A stretch of 14,535 nucleotides of DNA from a virus (taxonomy: Duplodnaviria; Heunggongvirae; Uroviricota; Caudoviricetes): the IMG/VR virus record IMGVR_UViG_2713897161_000003; one strand, 5' to 3'. The stretch's first letter is position 1. Each line of letters begins with the position of its first letter. Made by a program: the position numbers and the translations under genes. Shown here piece by piece: positions 8,458 to 14,535 of the stretch. The notes below the pieces were generated by a model that did not search any database, had not been told where the DNA came from, and was given only the letters and a program-made list of their open reading frames with translations.

Positions 8458-8853
8458 GTGGGATTAAAGAAAATCGTTATGTTGACTTTTTGGGTCGGTT
8501 TTGTTGCGGGATGCACACCTTTACACCCTTCAGATTGCCACAAAACTACTGCTACAGGTAGTTGCAGTTCAGGACGCTGGGATGATCAGGATGAATGGGG
8601 GGCGCAAGCGCGGGGAATCAGAGCTGCAATTAATGCCAAACTTGATGAGCCGCATAACTGGAAAGGGAAAAAATGCAGGTTGCATATGGAATTCTCTCAG
8701 GATGGCACGGCGTTAAAAATATCTACCAGTAACGGTGATAAAGCCTATTGCGAAGCGATAAAGTCCGCAGCTCATAAAGCCAAATTTCCGGCCTTCAACA
8801 ATCCGGAAGTCTACAGAGATTTTCAGAAATCTGGCTTTGACATGCGAGGTTAG
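8458..8853 (+). CDS. Diverged paralog of the TolA-domain-III-like lipoprotein, 131 aa, GTG start
   Basis: Lipobox FVAGC with Thr at +2. C-terminal KKCRLHMEFSQDGTALKISTSNGDKAYCEAIKSAAHKAKFPAFNNPEVYRDFQKSGFDMRG keeps the Cys-25-Cys spacing and the EVY..FQ motif of the upstream copy. Shine-Dalgarno GAGGAG lies 6 nt before the GTG. Confidence 0.75.
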   Translation: MGLKKIVMLTFWVGFVAGCTPLHPSDCHKTTATGSCSSGRWDDQDEWGAQARGIRAAINAKLDEPHNWKGKKCRLHMEFSQDGTALKISTSNGDKAYCEAIKSAAHKAKFPAFNNPEVYRDFQKSGFDMRG

Positions 8854-8978
8854 CTCTTCAATTACTATATCTCATTCATAGCAAACTGACAGATTTGATG
8901 ATGTTCTATATACGAAACCTGTGATGTCAAGTCTGAGCTAATACAAATAAACATAATATCAGAGAAATACATTTTATT

Positions 8979-9002
8979 AGCTCGCTACGGCGAGCTTTTT
9001 AT
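8979..9002 (+). terminator. Intrinsic terminator downstream of the lipoprotein pair
   Basis: AGCTCGC / TACG tetraloop / GCGAGCT hairpin followed immediately by TTTTTAT. Confidence 0.65.
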
Positions 9003-9104
9003 ATTGCATCGTCTCCAGCATATATATCAATTAAGGCTCTGATTGATGTGTCTGAAAGCCTACACATAATAACTATGCCATCCGTTCCGTGCGGAGGTGA
9101 GGCT

Positions 9105-9320
9105 ATGAAATCCATGGACAAAATTTCAACAGGCATTGCCTACGGCACCTCCGCAGGCAGTGCTGGCTACTGGTTTTTACAGTTGCTCGATAGAGTAACT
9201 CCGTCACAGTGGGCTGCAATCGGTGTGCTGGGTAGTCTGGTATTTGGCCTGCTGACGTACCTGACAAACCTTTATTTCAAGATTAAAGAAGATAAGCGCA
9301 AGGCTGCGAGAGGTGAATAA
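9105..9320 (+). CDS. Class II holin of the phage 21 S (pinholin) family, 71 aa, with dual-start motif
   Basis: [71 protein letters not shown] resembles S21/EssD as recalled. The Met1-Lys-Ser-Met4 arrangement fits the antiholin/holin dual start. GGAGGTGAGG precedes the ATG at 9105. Confidence 0.9.
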   Translation: MKSMDKISTGIAYGTSAGSAGYWFLQLLDRVTPSQWAAIGVLGSLVFGLLTYLTNLYFKIKEDKRKAARGE

Positions 9321-9817
9321 TGCCTCCATCATTACGAAAAGTCGTTGCTGCTGCTATTGGTGGCGGAGCAATTGCTATAGCATCAGTGTTAATCACTGGC
9401 CCAAGTGGTAACGATGGTCTGGAAGGTGTCAGCTACATACCATACAAAGATATTGTTGGTGTATGGACTGTATGTCACGGGCATACAGGAAAAGACATCA
9501 TGCTCGGTAAAACGTATACCAAAGCAGAATGCAAAACACTCTTGAATAAAGACCTTGCCACGGTCGCCAGACAAATTAACCCGTACATCAAAGTCGATAT
9601 ACCGGAAACAACGCGCGGCGCTCTTTACTCATTCGTTTACAACGTGGGTGCTGGCAATTTCAGAACATCGACGCTTCTTCGCAAAATAAACCAGGGCGAT
9701 ATCAAAGGCGCATGTGATCAGCTACGTCGCTGGACATATGCTGGCGGTAAGCAATGGAAAGGTCTCATGACTCGTCGTGAGATTGAGCGTGAAATCTGTT
9801 TGTGGGGTCAGCAATGA
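9320..9817 (+). CDS. SAR endolysin (lysozyme, R21/RrrD-like), 165 aa
   Basis: N-terminal Gly/Ala-rich signal-anchor-release segment ([21 protein letters not shown]) followed by a lysozyme-like domain. Start overlaps the holin stop (TAATG). Confidence 0.92.
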   Translation: MPPSLRKVVAAAIGGGAIAIASVLITGPSGNDGLEGVSYIPYKDIVGVWTVCHGHTGKDIMLGKTYTKAECKTLLNKDLATVARQINPYIKVDIPETTRGALYSFVYNVGAGNFRTSTLLRKINQGDIKGACDQLRRWTYAGGKQWKGLMTRREIEREICLWGQQ

Positions 9818-10278
9818 ACAGAGTAACCGCGATTATCTCCGCTCTGGTTATCTGCATCGTCGTCTGCCTGTCATGGGGTGTTAATCATTACCGTGATAAC
9901 GCCATCGCCTACAAAGAACAGCGCGACAAAAATGCCAGAGAACTGAAGCTGGCGAACGCGGCAATTACTGACATGCAGATGCGTCAGCGTGATGTTGCTG
10001 CGCTCGATGCAAAATACACGAAGGAGTTAGCTGATGCGAAAGCTGAAAATGATGTTCTGCGTGATGATGTTGCCGCTGGTCGTCGTCGGTTGCACATCAA
10101 AGCAGTCTGTCAGTCAGTGCGTGAAGCCACCACCGCCTCCGGCGTGGATAATGCAGCCTCCCCCCGACTGGCAGACACCGCTGAACGGGATTATTTCACC
10201 CTCCGGGAACGACTGGTAATGATGCAGGCCCAACTTGAAGGTGCTCAGCAATACATAACCGAGCAGTGTTTAAAGTAA
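9814..10278 (+). CDS. Rz-type i-spanin, 154 aa from the ATG at 9814; the ORF track gives a GTG alternative at 9802
   Basis: N-terminal transmembrane helix then a coiled-coil-like periplasmic domain. The ATG overlaps the endolysin stop (ATGA). Resembles RzpD as recalled. Confidence 0.88.
   Translation: MNRVTAIISALVICIVVCLSWGVNHYRDNAIAYKEQRDKNARELKLANAAITDMQMRQRDVAALDAKYTKELADAKAENDVLRDDVAAGRRRLHIKAVCQSVREATTASGVDNAASPRLADTAERDYFTLRERLVMMQAQLEGAQQYITEQCLK
10034..10219 (+). CDS. Rz1-type o-spanin lipoprotein, 61 aa, embedded in the +1 frame of Rz
   Basis: Lipobox LVVVGC and a proline-rich mature region ([15 protein letters not shown]), entirely nested within Rz. Shine-Dalgarno AAGGAG lies 7 nt upstream. 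Confidence 0.88.
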   Translation: MRKLKMMFCVMMLPLVVVGCTSKQSVSQCVKPPPPPAWIMQPPPDWQTPLNGIISPSGNDW

Positions 10279-10415
10279 AATCTTAACTACAATATGATTC
10301 ATTTTGATGATTGTTTCATAAGGAACAGTGAAGTAAGATCTAAGAGGAGTTAAATTTTATACAGTATAATCATAATATTGCAGCAAGGTGGTTATAATTG
10401 AAAGAATATTTAGAT

Positions 10416-11873
10416 ATGAATACATCTCATGTAAGAGTTGTTACTCATATGTGTGGGTTCCTGGTTTGGCTCTATAGTCTTTCAATGTTGCCACCAATGG
10501 TTGTAGCATTGTTTTATAAAGAAAAAAGCCTGTTCGTTTTCTTTATAACTTTCGTTATATTTTTTTGCATTGGTGGCGGAGCGTGGTATACAACTAAGAA
10601 ATCTGGCATTCAATTACGTACCCGTGATGGGTTTATTATAATTGTAATGTTTTGGATTTTGTTTTCTGTTATTAGTGCATTCCCTTTATGGATTGACTCA
10701 GAACTTAATTTAACGTTCATTGATGCTCTGTTTGAAGGGGTTTCTGGAATAACAACAACAGGAGCAACTGTAATTGATGATGTTAGTTCATTACCTCGGG
10801 CATATTTGTACTATCGGTCACAGTTAAATTTTATAGGTGGTTTAGGAGTTATTGTTCTGGCGGTTGCTGTATTGCCATTATTGGGTATTGGTGGTGCAAA
10901 GCTTTATCAGTCAGAAATGCCGGGGCCATTTAAGGATGACAAACTCACTCCCCGCCTGGCCGATACGTCACGGACACTGTGGATAACTTATTCTTTATTA
11001 GGTATTGCTTGTATTGTCTGTTATAGACTTGCAGGAATGCCTTTGTTTGATGCTATTTGTCACGGGATTTCCACAGTTTCGCTTGGTGGTTTCTCAACTC
11101 ATAGCGAGAGTATCGGATATTTTAATAACTATTTGGTTGAGCTGGTGGCTGGTTCTTTTTCCCTGCTATCGGCTTTCAACTTCACTCTTTGGTATATTGT
11201 TATTAGCAGGAAAACGATAAAACTTTTAATCAGAGATATTGAACTTCGTTTCTTTCTGTTAATAGCCTTAGGGGTGATCATTGTTACCTCTTTCCAGGTC
11301 TGGCATATAGGTATGTATGACTTGCATGGAAGTTTTATTCATTCGTTTTTTCTTGCCAGCTCCATGCTCACTGATAATGGTTTAGCTACGCAGGATTATG
11401 CAAGTTGGCCCACGCACACGATAGTGTTTTTGCTGTTGTCAAGTTTCTTTGGGGGATGTATAGGTTCAACTTGTGGTGGAATTAAGTCACTTCGATTTCT
11501 TATACTTTTCAAACAAAGCAAACACGAGATAAATCAGCTTTCTCATCCCAGAGCGTTGTTGAGTGTAAATGTAGGAGGGAAGATAGTTACAGATCGTGTA
11601 ATGAGGTCTGTATGGAGTTTCTTTTTTCTTTATACTCTCTTCACGGTGTTTTTTATACTGGTGTTAAATGGTATGGGATATGATTTTCTTACATCATTTG
11701 CAACAGTGGCTGCATGTATTAATAATATGGGATTAGGTTTTGGGGCTACTGCATCGTCATTCGGAGTGCTTAATGACATTGCAAAATGTTTAATGTGCAT
11801 AGCTATGATTCTTGGTCGCCTTGAAATTTATCCTGTTATTATATTGTTTTCAGGTTTTTTTTGGCGCTCCTAA
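10416..11873 (+). CDS. trkG: TrkG/TrkH-family potassium uptake protein, 485 aa from the ATG at 10416
   Basis: Polytopic membrane protein recognised as the Rac-prophage TrkG (MNTSHVRVVTHMCGFLVWLYSLSMLPPMVVALFYKEKS...). The gene is markedly AT-rich relative to its neighbours. The ORF-track start at 10398 is TTG. Confidence 0.92.
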   Translation: MNTSHVRVVTHMCGFLVWLYSLSMLPPMVVALFYKEKSLFVFFITFVIFFCIGGGAWYTTKKSGIQLRTRDGFIIIVMFWILFSVISAFPLWIDSELNLTFIDALFEGVSGITTTGATVIDDVSSLPRAYLYYRSQLNFIGGLGVIVLAVAVLPLLGIGGAKLYQSEMPGPFKDDKLTPRLADTSRTLWITYSLLGIACIVCYRLAGMPLFDAICHGISTVSLGGFSTHSESIGYFNNYLVELVAGSFSLLSAFNFTLWYIVISRKTIKLLIRDIELRFFLLIALGVIIVTSFQVWHIGMYDLHGSFIHSFFLASSMLTDNGLATQDYASWPTHTIVFLLLSSFFGGCIGSTCGGIKSLRFLILFKQSKHEINQLSHPRALLSVNVGGKIVTDRVMRSVWSFFFLYTLFTVFFILVLNGMGYDFLTSFATVAACINNMGLGFGATASSFGVLNDIAKCLMCIAMILGRLEIYPVIILFSGFFWRS

Positions 11874-12035
11874 TATATGGCTGATTTATAATTGTGAGTT
11901 TAATATTATGTTGACTCACTCATTGATCCAATACCTAACTTTACCAGCAACCCCTCCGTCCCCAGTAGCACTGGCTGCTGGGGTGCGTTTTATTCATAAA
12001 GCAAGGCTGTATGAGCGAGAAATTAAAGATAGTCT

Positions 12036-12542
12036 ATGCGTGGCTGGATGATTAAGGGCAAGCCCGCCAGTGATCGAGCCGTATTGTCTCAGGAACAGGA
12101 CGGCATTAAATCACACACCCACAGCGCCAGCGTATCCAGTACGGATTTGGGGACGAAAACCACATCGTCGTTTGATTACGGCACTAAATCCACGAATAAC
12201 ACTGGTGCGCATACCCATAGTGTTAGCGGTACGGCTGCTTCAGCCGGTGCACATACCCATTCGATGACATTTGTTTCAGGTGGTTCCAGTGGTGCTCCGG
12301 GAAGTGGAGCATCTGATTATTCTAAATACAGTGTTAACACTTCTTCTGCAGGCGCTCATACGCACTCTGTATCGGGTACTGCTGCAAGCGCAGGTGCACA
12401 CGCACATACTGTGGGTATTGGTGCTCATACGCACTCGGTTGCGATTGGCTCACATGGACACACCATCACCGTTAACGCTGCTGGTAACGCGGAAAACACC
12501 GTCAAAAACATCGCATTTAACTATATTGTGAGGCTTGCATAA
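12036..12542 (+). CDS. Side-tail-fibre C-terminal tip fragment (Stf-like), 168 aa, His-rich repeats
   Basis: Multiple stops lie in-frame just upstream, so the ORF is not fused to any fibre shaft. Seven HxH motifs (mostly GAHTHS) sit in Gly/Ser/Thr-rich sequence. Stop overlaps the tfa start (TAATG). Confidence 0.7.
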   Translation: MRGWMIKGKPASDRAVLSQEQDGIKSHTHSASVSSTDLGTKTTSSFDYGTKSTNNTGAHTHSVSGTAASAGAHTHSMTFVSGGSSGAPGSGASDYSKYSVNTSSAGAHTHSVSGTAASAGAHAHTVGIGAHTHSVAIGSHGHTITVNAAGNAENTVKNIAFNYIVRLA

Positions 12543-13117
12543 TGGTATTCAGAATGAGTGAACAACCACGGACCATAACAATTTATAATCTGCTGGCCGG
12601 AACTAATGAATTTATTGGTGAAGGTGATGCATATATTCCGCCTCATACAGGTCTGCCAGCAAACAGTACCGATATTGCACCGCCAGATATTCCGGCAGGC
12701 TTCGTGGCTGTTTTCAACAGTGATGAGGCATCGTGGCATCTCGTTGAAGATCATCGGGGTAAAACGGTTTATGACGTGGCTTCCGGCGACGCGTTATTTA
12801 TTTCTGAACTCGGTCCGTTACCGGAAAATGTTACCTGGTTATCGCCGGAAGGGGAGTTTCAGAAGTGGAACGGCACAGCCTGGGTGAAGGATACGGAAGC
12901 AGAAAAACTGTTCCGGATCCGGGAGGCGGAAGAAACAAAAAACAACCTGATGCAGGTAGCCAGTGAGCATATTGCGCCGCTTCAGGATGCTGCAGATCTG
13001 GAAATTGCAACGGAGGAAGAAATCTCGTTGCTGGAAGCATGGAAAAAGTATCGGGTATTGCTGAACCGTGTTGATACGTCAACTTCACAGGATATTGAAT
13101 GGCCAGCACTGCCGTAG
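12542..13117 (+). CDS. tfa: Tail fibre assembly protein, 191 aa
   Basis: Resembles TfaR/TfaQ of E. coli cryptic prophages as recalled ([73 protein letters not shown]). Translationally coupled to the fibre-tip ORF. Confidence 0.9.
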   Translation: MVFRMSEQPRTITIYNLLAGTNEFIGEGDAYIPPHTGLPANSTDIAPPDIPAGFVAVFNSDEASWHLVEDHRGKTVYDVASGDALFISELGPLPENVTWLSPEGEFQKWNGTAWVKDTEAEKLFRIREAEETKNNLMQVASEHIAPLQDAADLEIATEEEISLLEAWKKYRVLLNRVDTSTSQDIEWPALP

Positions 13118-13214
13118 GGTAAAACATATAAATTCTATAATTAGATGTATCTTTCCATTTACGGCAAGGAAGGGGGCTTGGAAGACGTAAAGCATCTCAC
13201 ACCGAGATTATTTT

Positions 13215-13805
13215 TTATATGTCAGGTGTCTGAAGTTTTGCTTTGGCTCTTAAAATGGTTTGCCGCGAGGTTTTGAATTCCCGGGCAATGGCACTTATAC
13301 TTACACCTGACTTAATTCGTTCGAATACCACCTGTTTCTGTTCTTCATTTAACACAGGTGGTCGACCAAAACGTTTCCCTGCGCCGCGGGCTCTTACTAT
13401 CCCGGAATGAGTGCGTTCAAGTAAAAGGTCTCGTTCAAATTCAGCGACTGCTGAAATTACTTGCATCATCATTTTTCCTGTTGGACTGGTCAGGTCAATG
13501 CCCCCCAATGCTAAGCAATGCACTCTGATACCTGTTTCGGTCAGTTGTTCCACTGTTTTCCTGATATCCATTGCATTACAACCAAGGCGATCCAGTTTTG
13601 TCACAATCAATTGATCACCACATTTCAGGCGAGCAAGCAACCGGTTAAAACCAGGACGCTCACTGGTTGCTGCTGAGCCACTAATGTGTTCTTCGATTAT
13701 TTGCTGAGGTTTGATTTTAAAACCTGCACTTTCGATTTCCCGGCGTTGATTTTCGGTGGTCTGATCCAGCGTTGATATCCGACAGTAAGCAAAAATTTGA
13801 GACAT
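13215..13805 (-). CDS. pin: Serine-recombinase DNA invertase of the Pin/Gin/Hin family, 196 aa
   Basis: N-terminal catalytic motif [10 protein letters not shown] (active-site Ser), resolvase-type domain and C-terminal helix-turn-helix. Convergent with tfa. Confidence 0.95.
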   Translation of the reverse strand: MSQIFAYCRISTLDQTTENQRREIESAGFKIKPQQIIEEHISGSAATSERPGFNRLLARLKCGDQLIVTKLDRLGCNAMDIRKTVEQLTETGIRVHCLALGGIDLTSPTGKMMMQVISAVAEFERDLLLERTHSGIVRARGAGKRFGRPPVLNEEQKQVVFERIKSGVSISAIAREFKTSRQTILRAKAKLQTPDI

Positions 13806-14121
13806 AGTGAGACTCTATACGAAATTGGTGTTCATATCATAATGCATCTCAGAAAATAATTATGATTATTTTTGTGCATATTTGTATGTACACGTTCGAA
13901 AATAAACGAATGCGTATGCAACCCCGTAATTTTGGTGAGACCCAAAATCGATTTTGTGAAAAATGGCTTTAACTCGGTTTGTTTTTCGAGTTCCGGGCGG
14001 ACTCAAGGAAGAAGAATAGTGTTGCGTGTTATTTTAACCAGATTTCAAGTTGTTTGGTCGTGGAAAAATGGAGCAAAATGTTGTTAAAGTGGAAAAATGA
14101 TAAAAAAGTAAGTTTATTATA

Positions 14122-14355
14122 TTACATTTTACCATTTAAATTTTGGTTGTCTTTAAGAACTGATATCGCTGTTTGTAATAATTCTTTGTTATCCAGCCAT
14201 GATTTTTTCTTTATGTTTCCTTCAATGTAATCAAGCAATGTTCTGGTATTGATAGGTCTTCCCTGTTTTGCTACTTCCACTACAGCATCCCCTAGGATAA
14301 TTCTTACTTCAGGAAGCTGCGCAGGGAACCACTTTAGGGTGTCTTTTGATTTCAT
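14122..14355 (-). CDS. YdfK/YnaE-family prophage protein (cold-shock-associated), 77 aa from the internal Met
   Basis: MKSKDTLKWFPAQLPEVRIILGDAVVEVAKQGRPINTRTLLDYIEGNIKK.SWLDNKELLQTAISVLKDNQNLNGKM matches the 77-aa YdfK/YnaE paralogs as recalled. AAGGAA lies 7 nt upstream of this ATG. The ORF-track start at 14433 is a likely over-extension. Confidence 0.75.
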   Translation of the reverse strand: MKSKDTLKWFPAQLPEVRIILGDAVVEVAKQGRPINTRTLLDYIEGNIKKKSWLDNKELLQTAISVLKDNQNLNGKM

Positions 14356-14406
14356 GAAGATATTCCTTAAAATATTATTGATTTTCATTGCGATATTGTA
14401 TGTCTG

Positions 14407-14535
14407 TGGATTTGCCCCTATATTTCCAGACACCTGTTATCACTTAACCCATTACTGGCCTGCTGCCGCAGATATTCCCGTGGCGAGCGATAACCCAGTG
14501 CACTATGCGGATGCCATTCGTTATAATGCTCGAAC
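14407..14535 (-). mobile_element. IS2 element end (terminal inverted repeat plus C-terminal codons of transposase InsD); element continues beyond the window
   Basis: TGGATTTGCCCCTATATTTCCAGACACCTGTTATCACTTAACC matches the IS2 right inverted repeat as recalled. The minus-strand translation of 14418-14534 ([38 protein letters not shown]) matches the InsD C-terminus, with stop at 14418-14420. Confidence 0.85.

Larger units (their letters stand above)
4600..14406. mobile_element. Defective lambdoid prophage remnant (Rac/DLP12-like mosaic); left boundary approximate
   Basis: Colinear lambdoid gene order hok, nin genes, Q, terminator, holin, endolysin, Rz/Rz1, then trkG, tail-fibre tip, tfa, pin. 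No integrase, repressor, replication, terminase, head or tail-shaft genes are present. Confidence 0.7.

Noticed and set aside
8501-8716. 71-aa ORF inside the second lipoprotein gene, and 9389-9574 (-) inside the endolysin gene
   Set aside because: Alternative-frame or antisense ORFs within well-supported genes.
11005-11220. 71-aa ORF inside trkG
   Set aside because: Internal alternative frame of a recognised membrane-protein gene.
11812-12051. 79-aa ORF spanning the trkG 3' end and the intergenic region
   Set aside because: Overlaps the trkG terminus out of frame; no ribosome-binding site or homology.
12070-13127. ORFs 12070-12267, 12271-12531, 12521-12754 (-), 12606-12887 and 12831-13127 (-) within the fibre-tip and tfa genes
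   Set aside because: Alternative-frame or antisense ORFs within genes supported by homology and translational coupling.
11874-13214. Definite gix/hix-type crossover sites flanking the fibre-tip/tfa segment
   Set aside because: Only weak half-site resemblances, with no convincing 26-bp inverted pair; cannot be asserted without matrix scanning.
13411-13614. 67-aa plus-strand ORF inside pin
   Set aside because: Antisense to the well-conserved invertase gene.
13872-14230. ORFs 13872-14087 and 13979-14230 between pin and the ydfK-like gene, considered as a second inverted tfa/stf cassette
   Set aside because: Translations show no tail-fibre or Tfa character; the region is AT-rich and is more likely the pin promoter and intergenic DNA.
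1-14535. CRISPR array or other direct-repeat array
   Set aside because: No regularly spaced direct repeats seen anywhere in the window.

Overview
Enterobacterial (E. coli-like, by inference) window in two parts. Left ~4 kb: a minus-strand chromosomal operon (MFS transporter, ChaC-like gamma-glutamylcyclotransferase, LysR regulator) with a 664-nt assembly gap (3020-3683) inside the transporter gene. Right ~10 kb: a degraded mosaic lambdoid prophage (Rac/DLP12-like) lacking integrase, immunity, replication and head/tail genes. It retains a hok-family toxin, nin-region genes, a Q-type antiterminator with downstream terminator, an S21-type holin / SAR endolysin / Rz-Rz1 lysis cassette, trkG, a tail-fibre tip fragment with tfa, a Pin invertase, a ydfK/ynaE-like gene and the end of an IS2 element. 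The most unusual content is a self-contained two-gene insert between Q and the holin: two diverged lipoproteins whose C-terminal domains closely resemble TolA domain III, possibly a TolA decoy. All homology calls are from reading the translations and recalled family sequences, not from database searches.
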